This document shows positions 49,932 to 59,229 of a stretch of 64,000 nucleotides of DNA, one piece after another. Below the pieces are notes generated by a model. It ran no database searches, was not told the DNA's origin, and was given only the letters and a program-made list of their open reading frames with translations. The DNA lies in assembly GCA_963719085.1 (NCBI GenBank), contig CAVRAL010000001.1:448001-512000 (forward strand), read 5' to 3'. This stretch comes from a candidate division FCPU426 bacterium (GTDB taxonomy: Bacteria; Oederibacteriota; Muellerivitia; Muellerivitales; Muellerivitaceae). Both the position numbers and the translations under genes were made by a program. Numbering within the stretch: the first letter of the stretch is position 1; every line of letters begins with the position of its first letter.

Positions 49932-50867
49932 ATGATTCAATGGTTTAAGGACCCCCAAATCAATTTCATGAAGCCGCGCCGGTTTTTCCTGGCCCTTTCG
50001 GGCCTGGGGATGGCCGCCGGTGTTTACGCCTGCCTCCTCATGGCCCAAGGCAAAGCCAATATGGGGACCGATTTTTCGTCCGGCTCCCTGTTGATCATTT
50101 CCGCTTCCCAAACCATGGATATTGATCCCATCCGCCAATCCCTTGAAAGTGGGGGCTACCAGGGCGCCCAAATCCAACAGGTGACCGGCGTGGGGGAAAC
50201 CGGCTTTAAACTCAACATCAAGTTAAAAAATAACCCGCAAACGGCGGTGGGCTCCACCGGCGACGGGGTCTTGGCCGTCTTGAATAAGGCCTTTCCCCAA
50301 GCCCAGTTTGTTCTGGAGGGGAGCAACGAAGTGGGGCCGGCGGTTTCGGCGAAATTGCGGGACGACGCCTTTAAGGCTTTTGTTTTCGCCATGCTGGGGA
50401 TATTGATCTACATCATTTGGCGCTTTGATTTTCATTTCGGCGTCGCGGCGATCATCACGACCCTCCATGACATCCTTATCATTTTGGCCGTCATTATTTT
50501 GAGCGGACGCGAGTTCAACCTGCTTCAAGTGACGGCGCTTTTAACCCTGGCCGGCTATTCCTTGAACGATACCGTGGTTACTTTTGATCGGATCCGTGAA
50601 AACTTGAAACTTTTAACCCAAGATCATGACTTTATCAGCTTGGTGAATTTAAGCGTGAATGAAACTTTAAGCCGGACCATCAACACCAGCGGCACGGTTT
50701 TTCTGACCCTTCTACCCTTGTGCATCATGGGCGGGGAGATCCTTAAGGATTTCGCCTTTACCCTTCTTTTAGGGGTGGTGGTGGGGACCTACTCGTCGAT
50801 CTTCGTGGCCAGCCCGATCTTGGTGGAATGGAACTTGATCTCAAAACCCAAGAGTTCCCAACCTTAA
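49932..50867 (+). CDS. secF: Protein translocase subunit SecF
   Basis: GTDFSSG, VGP, LHD, GYSLNDTVVTFDRIRE, GTYSSIFVA. Confidence 0.96.
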   Translation: MIQWFKDPQINFMKPRRFFLALSGLGMAAGVYACLLMAQGKANMGTDFSSGSLLIISASQTMDIDPIRQSLESGGYQGAQIQQVTGVGETGFKLNIKLKNNPQTAVGSTGDGVLAVLNKAFPQAQFVLEGSNEVGPAVSAKLRDDAFKAFVFAMLGILIYIIWRFDFHFGVAAIITTLHDILIILAVIILSGREFNLLQVTALLTLAGYSLNDTVVTFDRIRENLKLLTQDHDFISLVNLSVNETLSRTINTSGTVFLTLLPLCIMGGEILKDFAFTLLLGVVVGTYSSIFVASPILVEWNLISKPKSSQP

Positions 50868-50915
50868 CCTATTCGGGTTTGTCTTGGCATCCGCTGGACT
50901 TTGAGGAATGACGGG

Positions 50916-51593
50916 ATGGGAATCCAGGCGCGTATTGATGAAGTCCAATCCCGGATCGCCATGGCCGCCCGGCGGGCCGGACGATCGGCCCAAGCCGTTA
51001 CCCTTTTAGCCGCCACCAAAACCCTTCCAGTGGAGATTATCCAAGAAGCCTATGACGCGGGCCTGCGCCAATTCGGCGAAAACCGGGTTCAGGAAGCCCT
51101 TGAGAAACAAGCGCGGCTTCCTAGGGATGTTCATTGGCACCTCATCGGCCAACTTCAAACCAACAAAATCAATAAAGTCGTGGACCGGTTTGAGCTGATC
51201 CATTCGATTGATTCCTTGAAGTTGGCGAAGGGATTATCCGAACGTTTGAGCGGTTCCCAGGAGATCCTTTTGGAAGTCAATAGTTCGGGGGAGGCGACCA
51301 AAGCGGGATTTGCCCCTTTGGAGCTCCAGTCCTTGTTCGCCGAGATCAATCGGCTGCCCAACTTAAAAATCAGGGGACTCATGACGGTCGGGCCCTTGCG
51401 AGGGGATGGGGATGTGAAGCGGGGAGCCTTTAAAATTTTAAAAGAGCTCTTTGAGACTTTGAAACCTCAGGCGGATAGGCCGGGGGATTTTTCCATTTTG
51501 TCCATGGGCATGAGCGGCGATTTTGAGATGGCGATTGAGGAAGGGTCGACCCTGGTCCGGGTGGGGACCGCCTTATTTGGCGAGAGGTCATGA
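50916..51593 (+). CDS. yggS: PLP homeostasis protein YggS
   Basis: AATK, FGENRVQE, WHLIGQLQTNK, GLMT, SMGMSGDF, VRVGT. Confidence 0.95.
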   Translation: MGIQARIDEVQSRIAMAARRAGRSAQAVTLLAATKTLPVEIIQEAYDAGLRQFGENRVQEALEKQARLPRDVHWHLIGQLQTNKINKVVDRFELIHSIDSLKLAKGLSERLSGSQEILLEVNSSGEATKAGFAPLELQSLFAEINRLPNLKIRGLMTVGPLRGDGDVKRGAFKILKELFETLKPQADRPGDFSILSMGMSGDFEMAIEEGSTLVRVGTALFGERS

Positions 51594-51623
51594 TCCTATT
51601 AGAACCCCTCACAAAAACCTATC

Positions 51624-51730
51624 TCGCCGCCAAGCTCGCCAAGGTAGGCAAAAACAACGGACGATTTTTTGTTGATTCTTTAAGATATAACCTTTTTTTC
51701 TTGGCGAACTTGGCGTCTTGGCGGTGAAAA
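51624..51730. repeat. Family A element, copy A6
   Basis: tcgccgccaagctcgccaag ... tcttggcgaacttggcgtcttggcggtgaaaa. Confidence 0.85.
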
Positions 51731-51811
51731 TTGCTTTTGATTATTGTTAGAGATTCTTAGTTTTTTTGCCGCCCGGCAAAAATAAACGTAGAATAAGCGC
51801 GGGAGAATCCA

Positions 51812-52633
51812 TTGGCCTTCAAACCTAAAACCATCTTATTCGGATTCGGCGCCATGGGCGGAGCCTTGGCCAAGGGTTGGATCCAAAAAAAGGTGATGAA
51901 AGCGTCCCAAATCACCGCGGTCAATTTGGACCCGGCGAAACGCGCGGGACTCGCCCGTTCCCTCAAGGTTAAACTGGTCCAGGATCCTTCGGGTTCGCTT
52001 AAAAACGCCGGTTTGATTGTGCTGGCCGTGAAGCCCCAACAAATGAAGGAACTCTTAGGCCGTTATGGCGGCTTGTTTCCCCGCAAGGCGTTAGTTGTTT
52101 CCATCGCCGCTGGAATCGCCGCCCGGCAAATCGAGTCCTGGCTGCCGCAAGGGTGCCCGGTGGTTCGGGTCATGCCCAATACTCCCTTGGTGCTGGGAGA
52201 AGGTATGGCGGCTGTGGCTTCCGGAAGCCGCGCGAAAGAGCCGCAGATCCGGTTGGTTTTGAGCTTAATGGCGGCCGTGGGCAAATCCATTCGGGTGAAT
52301 GAGGATCAAATGGATTTGGTGACCGCCCTTTCGGGAAGCGGGCCGGCTTATCTTTTCCACTTGATCGAGGCCTTGGTCGCGGCCGGAGTCAAGGCGGGGC
52401 TCGACGTTAAGACGGCGTCCCTGTTGGTGTCCCAGACGGTTTATGGCGCCTCCCGGATGGTTTTAGAAACGGGTAAAAGTCCGGAAGCGCTGCGGGTCCA
52501 AGTGACCTCGCCGGGCGGCACCACGCAGGCGGGCTTGGCGGCGATGGATGAGAAGGGTTTTGTGGAATCGATTGAGGCGGCGATTACCGCGGCGACGAGG
52601 CGGGGAGCCGAGCTTCGAAAAATGAACGAATAA
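51812..52633 (+). CDS. proC: Pyrroline-5-carboxylate reductase
   Basis: GFGAMG, LAVKPQ, SIAAG, RVMPNTP, SGSGPAY, VTSPGGTT. Confidence 0.96.
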   Translation: MAFKPKTILFGFGAMGGALAKGWIQKKVMKASQITAVNLDPAKRAGLARSLKVKLVQDPSGSLKNAGLIVLAVKPQQMKELLGRYGGLFPRKALVVSIAAGIAARQIESWLPQGCPVVRVMPNTPLVLGEGMAAVASGSRAKEPQIRLVLSLMAAVGKSIRVNEDQMDLVTALSGSGPAYLFHLIEALVAAGVKAGLDVKTASLLVSQTVYGASRMVLETGKSPEALRVQVTSPGGTTQAGLAAMDEKGFVESIEAAITAATRRGAELRKMNE

Positions 52634-52646
52634 GGCAAGGAACGCC

Positions 52647-52937
52647 ATGGGAACTATTTTGTGTGATTTCGCCTACGCTCTCACGATCCTTTTGCACCTG
52701 ATGGCCCTATTGATCGGGTTCGAGTGGGTGGGCCATCAAATCCCGGGGGCGGGACTTAACCCGGCCCGTAAATTTCTTTTTAAAACCACCTATCCTTTTT
52801 TAAAATTGGGAGCGCTTTTAGGATTGCGGCGCACCGCCTTCGATTGGACTCCCGGCGTCATGATCGTTCTTTTATTGCTGGTAAGCCGGTTGGGTTTGCC
52901 TTGGGTGGTGTGGTTTGGTTTTTCGCTTCGCGGCTAG
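52647..52937 (+). CDS. yggT: YggT-family membrane protein (divergent)
   Basis: NP..FL...T.P.L and D.TP motifs; yggS-proC-yggT synteny. Confidence 0.55.
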   Translation: MGTILCDFAYALTILLHLMALLIGFEWVGHQIPGAGLNPARKFLFKTTYPFLKLGALLGLRRTAFDWTPGVMIVLLLLVSRLGLPWVVWFGFSLRG

Positions 52938-52978
52938 TTTTTTTGAGCCGGGGTTGAAAATAAATTTAAGGAAATAGC

Positions 52979-53800
52979 GTGGAACTTTTCGATCAAATTC
53001 AAGAATCCGTAAAAGTGATCCAAGGAAAAACCAAATCCATCCCAAAGGTCGGCATCATCCTGGGAACGGGTTTGGGCGCCTTGGCGAAAGAAATAAAAGA
53101 AACCACCGTCATTGCTTACGATCAAATCCCGCATTTTCCGCTTTCCACGGTGGAATCCCACGCGGGGGAGCTGGTCTTTGGAAAATTGGGGAATACCCCG
53201 GTGGTGGCCATGAAGGGGCGTTTTCACCGTTATGAGGGCTATAGCCTTCAACAGGTCACTTTTCCGGTCCGGGTGATGAAGGCGCTGGGAATCCAATATT
53301 TGCTGGTCTCCAACGCTTGCGGCGGGATGAACCGCACCTATGAGCCCGGGGATTTGATGATTATTGAGGATCATGTGAACTTGATGGGGGACAATCCCTT
53401 GATCGGGAAAAATGACGATCGATTGGGGCCCCGGTGGCCTGATATGGCGGAGCCCTACGCCCAAGAACTGATCGCCTTGACTGAAAAAATCGCTTGGGAA
53501 AAGCGCATTCCGGTCCGCAAAGGGGTTTATGTGGCGGTCACCGGCCCTAATTTGGAAACCCGGGCGGAGTACCGTTGGCTGGCGGGTTTCGCCGATGTGG
53601 TGGGAATGTCGACGGTTCCGGAAGTGATTGTGGCGGTTCATGCCGGGCTCAAGGTGCTGGGCATTTCGGTGATCACGGATAAATGCGTGGCCGATACCCT
53701 GGAGCCGGCCGATATTCAAAAAATCATCAAGCACGCCCAACAAGCCGAGCCCAAGCTGACGATTTTGATGAAAGAAGTGGCCATGGCCCTGGAAAAGTGA
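52979..53800 (+). CDS. punA: Purine-nucleoside phosphorylase (trimeric type)
   Basis: [35 protein letters not shown]. Confidence 0.92.
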   Translation: MELFDQIQESVKVIQGKTKSIPKVGIILGTGLGALAKEIKETTVIAYDQIPHFPLSTVESHAGELVFGKLGNTPVVAMKGRFHRYEGYSLQQVTFPVRVMKALGIQYLLVSNACGGMNRTYEPGDLMIIEDHVNLMGDNPLIGKNDDRLGPRWPDMAEPYAQELIALTEKIAWEKRIPVRKGVYVAVTGPNLETRAEYRWLAGFADVVGMSTVPEVIVAVHAGLKVLGISVITDKCVADTLEPADIQKIIKHAQQAEPKLTILMKEVAMALEK

Positions 53801-54858
53801 TGCGAAACAAGCTCAACCCCATCCGTTGGAAATCCGGAGTCCTTTTTCTTTTAGAGCAGAGGCTTTTGCCCTTGAAAGAAAAATGGGTGCGCTGTGACTC
53901 GGCCGAAAAAGTAGCCCGCGCCATTGAGGACATGACCGTCAGGGGCGCGCCGGCCATTGGCATTACCGCGGCTTATGGTGTGGCGGTGGCGGCCAAGCGG
54001 TCCCGCCAGTTGAAGCCTTCCTTGTTTCAAAAAGAAGTCCTGGCCGCGATTGCCCGCTTGCGAAAGACCCGGCCGACGGCGGTCAATTTGTTTTGGGCCT
54101 TGAACCGCATGGAGCGAAAACTAAAATCCATCGCGTCGGAGCCGGTTTCAACCCAACGAAAGCGGTTGGAACAAGAAGCCCTGCTCATTCATCGGGAGGA
54201 TGAAAAACTCTGCGATCAATTGGGCAAATGGGGGGCCCAGGCCCTGGCCGGCAGCCAAAATGTTTTGACCCATTGCAATACGGGGGCCCTGGCCACCGGC
54301 GGGGCGGGGACGGCCTTGGCCGCCATCACCGAGCTCGGGCGGAAAAATAAAAAACTTCACGTTTGGGTGGATGAGACCCGGCCTTATTTGCAAGGCGCGC
54401 GCTTGACCGCCTATGAAATCGCCCACGCGGGCCTTTCATTCCATTTGATCACGGATAACATGGCCGCGGCCTTGATGGGCCAGGGAAAAGTCGACGCCAT
54501 TATCGTGGGAGCGGACCGGATTGTGGCGAATGGGGACACGGCCAATAAAATCGGCACCTATGGTTTGGCGGTCTTGGCTAAGGCCCACGGCGTCCCTTTT
54601 TATGTCTCCGCCCCGACCACGACGCTGGACTTGACCAAAAAAACGGGAAAAGAAATCGTCATTGAGGAGCGAAGCTCCAAAGAAGTGACCCATCCCCAAG
54701 GCGTGGCCATTACGCGGGGTGATTACCCGGTTTTTAATCCGGCCTTTGACGTGACGCCGGGAAAATTGATCGATGGGATCATTCTAGAAAGCGGCATTGT
54801 GCGTCCGCCTTATGGAAGCGGATTAAAAAAGGCTTTTCGAAGAAAGCCGGCGCCGTGA
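53800..54858 (+). CDS. mtnA: Methylthioribose-1-phosphate isomerase
   Basis: VRGAPAIG, RPTAVNL, LTHCNTG, ETRPYLQGARLT, NKIGTY, NPAFDVTP. Confidence 0.95.
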   Translation: MRNKLNPIRWKSGVLFLLEQRLLPLKEKWVRCDSAEKVARAIEDMTVRGAPAIGITAAYGVAVAAKRSRQLKPSLFQKEVLAAIARLRKTRPTAVNLFWALNRMERKLKSIASEPVSTQRKRLEQEALLIHREDEKLCDQLGKWGAQALAGSQNVLTHCNTGALATGGAGTALAAITELGRKNKKLHVWVDETRPYLQGARLTAYEIAHAGLSFHLITDNMAAALMGQGKVDAIIVGADRIVANGDTANKIGTYGLAVLAKAHGVPFYVSAPTTTLDLTKKTGKEIVIEERSSKEVTHPQGVAITRGDYPVFNPAFDVTPGKLIDGIILESGIVRPPYGSGLKKAFRRKPAP

Positions 54859-55265
54859 GTTCCGCGCCTGAAACCCTTTATCAGGATGATCACTATTGTT
54901 TTTGTTGCGGGGATCAAAATCCCTTGGGGCTCAAGATGAAGTTTTGGTTTGAGGGGGAAAAATTGTTTTCCGAAGTCTCCGTCCCCAAGCCTTATCAAGG
55001 CTTCGCCAATGTGGTTCATGGGGGCATTTTGGGCACCCTTTTGGATGAGGTGATGGTCAATCTTCATTGGCTTCGCGGCGCCAAGATGGTGAGCGCCGAG
55101 TATCAGGTTCGCTTGAAGGCCCCCTGTCCGGTGGATCGGAAAATTTTGTTGTCGGCTTGGCCCTTAGAAACCAAGCGAAATATCCATTTTGTGGCGTCGC
55201 GAGCCCTTTTGGAAGATGGGACCTTAGTGGCGGAGGCCACGGCCAAATGCGTGAAATTGGCCTAA
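54855..55265 (+). CDS. PaaI-family hotdog thioesterase
   Basis: CFCCG..NP.GL, HGGILGTLLDE. Confidence 0.88.
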   Translation: MSSAPETLYQDDHYCFCCGDQNPLGLKMKFWFEGEKLFSEVSVPKPYQGFANVVHGGILGTLLDEVMVNLHWLRGAKMVSAEYQVRLKAPCPVDRKILLSAWPLETKRNIHFVASRALLEDGTLVAEATAKCVKLA

Positions 55266-55346
55266 TCCGGGTTGTCAAAGGCCGTTTTCCTGTTAAACTG
55301 ATGCCCGCGTTTTAATAAGCTTTAACCTTTTTGGGAGGATCTTCGA

Positions 55347-55451
55347 ATGCCGAATGGCCGTAAACGTCACCGCGCTAAAATTAAGACTCACAAACGTAAA
55401 AAACATCGCCGTAAAATGCGTGCCCTTATGCGTCGGCAGGGCAGGCTTTAG
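55347..55451 (+). CDS. Small basic protein of the bS22/AURKAIP1-COX24 (mS38-like) family, absent from the ORF track
   Basis: GGGAGG RBS; MPNGRKRHRAKIKTHKRKKHRRKMRALMRRQGRL, with the family-type K..HKRKK pattern. Confidence 0.8.
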   Translation: MPNGRKRHRAKIKTHKRKKHRRKMRALMRRQGRL

Positions 55452-55466
55452 TCTGTCTTTTTTCCG

Positions 55467-57620
55467 GTGAACCCGCCTTTTAACTCACCTCGTAAAAACA
55501 TCACTAAATGGGTTTGGCTGTTTGTCCTGGCGGCCCTCTTTTTGCTGGCCGCCAGCGGCATTTGCGTCCGTCAATCGGCGGATGTCCCTCTGTCCTGGCT
55601 GATTGGAGCCTGGATAGCGGCCTTTCTTTGGCTGTTTTTTCTCGACCGTAAAAAGGTATTTTCCCACCCGAATCGTTTTCTCTTTCTCTTGGGAACGACG
55701 GCCGGGATTAATTTATTGGCTCAATCCACCGGTGCCGACCAATCGCCCCTCATTTTCGCCGTTTTTGTCCTGATGGGGGTGGCGGCATGGAGCGGGGAAG
55801 CCAAATTTGGTTTTTGGGTGGCCATCCTCTTCAGCCTTTTGGAAGCGGTTTCCCTGCGGCATCAAAACAACGCCCAGGGCTGGGTTCTTTATCTTCGCTG
55901 GGCCGCTTTGTTGGTCTTCGCTTTTTTCCTCACCCGCATCGTCAAAACCCGCGCCGAAAAAGAACAATTAGGAAATAAGCTCGAAACCTTAAAGCACGAG
56001 GCCGGACGATTCGCCACCGCCGAACCCTCCTCCTTTCATATCCCCAAGGACAAGCTTTTAAGGGAAGAAAGCCGGTTAACCGCCCGGGTGGGGACCGTGA
56101 TGGGGTTGGAAGAAGCCCTCAACCAGCAGGTTTCCCTGTTTCAAAAATCGCTGAAACTCCACACGGTCTCGATTTTTTTATTGACCACCCTGGAAGAAAA
56201 AAAGGTTTTTCGCCTGCGGGCCTCCTCGACCGTTTCCGAATCCCTGGCGCCGGACGTGACCCTTTTGCCGGGTGAAACCCTGGTGGGGTTGGCGGCCAAA
56301 GAAGGAAAAAGGGTTTTGCTGAATGAGATGTCCCCGGAAAGCGCGAAAGCCCTTCCTTATTACCTGAAATACAACCCGATCGGTTCCTTTTTAGTTCAAC
56401 CCCTCCACGTTAAAAATGTTTTGGGAGTGGAGGAAAATCAAGATTTGGCGGGGCTGGCGGTTTTGGATAGTTTGACCGAGAAGTTTTTTGGCGCCCATGA
56501 ATTGGAATTGGTGGACGGTTTTTGCGCCAATATTGAGGAGGCCATCGAGCATACGAAGGCCCTTCATTTTTCCCAGACCAAGAGCCGAAACTTGCATGCC
56601 TTGTACGAGGTCTCCAAGGCCTTTTCCACTTTGCTGGATTTTAAAAAAGTGCTTCAAACGAGTTTAAAAACCGCCACGGATATTTTTCCCTGCGACTCGG
56701 CTTATATCGCGATGGCCAAGGGAGATGGGAAAAGTTTCGAGGTTTTAGCTTGGTGGGGGCCTTCGTGGGCCGCGGCCCAGCCGGTCCAATTGGACCCGGA
56801 GTTGGCCACTTGGATGCTGGAAAATAAAAAGCCCATCCGCTATACCCGCGGCCAAAAAGACCGGAACCTGGCCGCCTTCACGCGGCGCGACGGCATGCTG
56901 GGGTCGATCCAGTCGTTTCTCATGGTTCCTCTGATGGCGGGCCAGGATATCTTGGGCGTTATCCGGCTCAACAGCAACCAACAGGATACCTATCAGGAAT
57001 ATGACCAAGATGTCTTAAGCACGCTGGCGAACCAATCCGCCATGGCGATTCAAAACGCCCTTAACGTGGAACAAATCCACAATATGGCCACGAAGGACGG
57101 ATTGACCGGCATTTATAACCACCGTTATTTCCAAGAAAAGCTGGAGGAAGAAATCGCGAAGGCCGACCGCTATAACAAGGACCTGAGCTTTTTACTTTTG
57201 GACGTGGATCATTTTAAAAAATTCAATGATACCTACGGCCATCAAGAAGGGGACAAGGTGCTGCGAACCGTGGCCGAGATCGTTCAAGCGACGATCCGGC
57301 AGAAGGCCGATCTATTGGCCCGTTACGGGGGCGAGGAATTCGCCGTGATCCTGCCCGAAACCGACATCAACTCGGCTGCGGATTTGGCCGAGCGGATCCG
57401 CCGTAATATCGCCGATCATGTGTTTGAGGCCGAGGGGAATAAGTCCTATCGGGTTACGGTTTCCATCGGGGTTTCGGCTTATCCTTTTGACGCAAGGGAA
57501 AAAAGTAAACTGATCCAGGCCGCGGACGCGGGACTCTATGAGTCCAAGCATCTGGGCCGCAATCGGGTCACCCTCTTTCAAGCGATCAAAAGAGTCCCTG
57601 ATTTAAATCAGGGAAAATGA
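55467..57620 (+). CDS. Membrane sensor diguanylate cyclase (TM region, two GAF domains, GGDEF)
   Basis: DGLTGIYNHRY, DVDHFKKFNDTYGH, RYGGEEF, VSIG; GAF-like SFLMVPL. Confidence 0.92.
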   Translation: MNPPFNSPRKNITKWVWLFVLAALFLLAASGICVRQSADVPLSWLIGAWIAAFLWLFFLDRKKVFSHPNRFLFLLGTTAGINLLAQSTGADQSPLIFAVFVLMGVAAWSGEAKFGFWVAILFSLLEAVSLRHQNNAQGWVLYLRWAALLVFAFFLTRIVKTRAEKEQLGNKLETLKHEAGRFATAEPSSFHIPKDKLLREESRLTARVGTVMGLEEALNQQVSLFQKSLKLHTVSIFLLTTLEEKKVFRLRASSTVSESLAPDVTLLPGETLVGLAAKEGKRVLLNEMSPESAKALPYYLKYNPIGSFLVQPLHVKNVLGVEENQDLAGLAVLDSLTEKFFGAHELELVDGFCANIEEAIEHTKALHFSQTKSRNLHALYEVSKAFSTLLDFKKVLQTSLKTATDIFPCDSAYIAMAKGDGKSFEVLAWWGPSWAAAQPVQLDPELATWMLENKKPIRYTRGQKDRNLAAFTRRDGMLGSIQSFLMVPLMAGQDILGVIRLNSNQQDTYQEYDQDVLSTLANQSAMAIQNALNVEQIHNMATKDGLTGIYNHRYFQEKLEEEIAKADRYNKDLSFLLLDVDHFKKFNDTYGHQEGDKVLRTVAEIVQATIRQKADLLARYGGEEFAVILPETDINSAADLAERIRRNIADHVFEAEGNKSYRVTVSIGVSAYPFDAREKSKLIQAADAGLYESKHLGRNRVTLFQAIKRVPDLNQGK

Positions 57621-57636
57621 TGGTTTAGACCGGCGA

Positions 57637-57682
57637 ACACCAGTTGTGGTGGTTTTATTTAAGGGGCCACTATATGTGGTTG
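57637..57682. promoter_or_regulatory. Tandem operator-like boxes (NrdR-box-like), 30 bp apart
   Basis: ACACCAGTTGTGGTGG and CCACTATATGTGGTTG, both followed by a T-run. Confidence 0.4.
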
Positions 57683-57809
57683 TTTTTATCTAAAATCCGC
57701 CCTCCCTTGCTTTTTCAAAGCGCTTCCGCTTTCCAGTTTTTGATGGGCGCTTACAATGAGCCTGTCACCATCCTCAAAGTCTATTATCAACCTTAGTTCG
57801 GGAATCCAA

Positions 57810-58070
57810 ATGATCCTGACGATCCGGGAAATCGCCTCAAAATTGCACGTGCATGAACAGACTTTAAGAAACTGGGAGAAATCCGGTTTGTTGAAGATTT
57901 CCAGAATCGGGGGAAATCGAACCCGCATTTATGACGCGAGCGATCTATCCCGGTGTAAAAAGATTTTAAGCTTTTCTGAAAAGGGAATTAATTTAAGGGG
58001 AATCAAGGCTCTTTTGGGGCGTGAAAAGCAAAATCGTAATAAATTTTTAGCGGCTCCAGGCAAAGATTAA
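57810..58070 (+). CDS. Short MerR-family HTH regulator
   Basis: TIREIASKLHVHEQTLRNWEKSGLL..R...TRIY; GINLRGIK; no effector domain. Confidence 0.85.
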   Translation: MILTIREIASKLHVHEQTLRNWEKSGLLKISRIGGNRTRIYDASDLSRCKKILSFSEKGINLRGIKALLGREKQNRNKFLAAPGKD

Positions 58071-58161
58071 AACAAAATTTTTGTCCGCGGGAGCGAAGCG
58101 GCGTCGATGTGGAAAAAGGCGAGAAACCCTGGAAAATTAAGGCTTTTTTAACCATTCTTTG

Positions 58162-58189
58162 TTGACAGGAAAAAAAGCTTTGTCATAAT
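58162..58189 (+). promoter_or_regulatory. Sigma70-type promoter of the flgB operon
   Basis: TTGACA-16nt-CATAAT with extended -10 TG. Confidence 0.55.
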
Positions 58190-58299
58190 GACACTAATTT
58201 TTCGCCTCTGACGAAAATCCGTACATCTACGCCCCTCAACGCCGCCGGTGCCGCACGTTAAGTCGCCCAGTATGATTCAAATTCAATTGGGGAGTTTTT

Positions 58300-58722
58300 G
58301 TGGTCAACCCTGTCAGCGCCATCGATCCTATGACGGTTTTGCAAAAAAGCATGGATGCTTTAGCCATCCAGCATGAAGTGATCGCCAATAATTTGGCCAA
58401 CATCGATACCCCCAATTTTAAACGCTCGGAAGTTTCGTTTCAGGACAAGTTGAAAAACATTTTGACCCAGGACGGGCCGTCGGCCTTGTGGAGGACCAAC
58501 GTCAAACATTTTCCGATCACCCAACCGGTTTCCCTGGATGATTTCAAACCCACCATCACCACGATCACGGATACGATCGGGAGAAATGACGGGAACAATG
58601 TGGACTTGGAAATGGAATCGGCGAAATTGGCCGAGAACAATCTTCTCTATAACAGTTTGGCGGATGTCACCGGCCGCTATATCGCGAACTTGAAGCACGC
58701 GATCACCGAAGGGAAACAATAA
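58300..58722 (+). CDS. flgB: Flagellar basal-body rod protein FlgB
   Basis: IANNLANIDTPNFK, DGNNVDLEME. Confidence 0.95.
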   Translation: MVNPVSAIDPMTVLQKSMDALAIQHEVIANNLANIDTPNFKRSEVSFQDKLKNILTQDGPSALWRTNVKHFPITQPVSLDDFKPTITTITDTIGRNDGNNVDLEMESAKLAENNLLYNSLADVTGRYIANLKHAITEGKQ

Positions 58723-58725
58723 TCC

Positions 58726-59181
58726 ATGGGCGCGCTTTCGGGCTTTTCATCCTCTTTCGCCATCACGGCCTCGGCACTAACGGCTGAGAAGCTCCGTATG
58801 GATGTCATTTCCAACAACATCGCCAACGCGGATACGACCCGAACAATTGAGGGCGGGCCTTATATCCGGGAACGCGTGGTTTTCGCTCCCCGCATTGACG
58901 CAACCCAGACCTTCGCTCCCATGCTGGCCAATATGACGGCGGAGGGCATGCCGATTGGAGTCCGCGTCACGGGGATCATCAAGGATCCGAGCCCGCCGCG
59001 CATGGTTTATGATCCGGGCCATCCGGACGCCAATTCGGAAGGTTATGTGGCCTATCCGAACGTGAACGCCGTCAATGAGATGGTGGATTTGATTTCAGCG
59101 AGCCGGGCTTACGAGGCCAACATTACGGCTTTCAACGCGACAAAGTCGATGGCGCTTCAAGCTTTAACCATTGGAAAATAG
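58726..59181 (+). CDS. flgC: Flagellar basal-body rod protein FlgC
   Basis: NNIANA, GGPY, YDPGHPDA, PNVN..EMVDLISASRAYEAN. Confidence 0.96.
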   Translation: MGALSGFSSSFAITASALTAEKLRMDVISNNIANADTTRTIEGGPYIRERVVFAPRIDATQTFAPMLANMTAEGMPIGVRVTGIIKDPSPPRMVYDPGHPDANSEGYVAYPNVNAVNEMVDLISASRAYEANITAFNATKSMALQALTIGK

Positions 59182-59229
59182 TTTTTAATTTTGATTTCAA
59201 AAATCGTTTTTAATCGGAGCTTTTGATTC

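Noticed and set aside
7845..51730. Family A repeats as a CRISPR array or attC-like integron sites
   Set aside because: Dispersed inverted pairs, not regularly spaced direct repeats; no cas or integrase gene; flanking genes are housekeeping; no RYYYAAC/GTTRRRY ends
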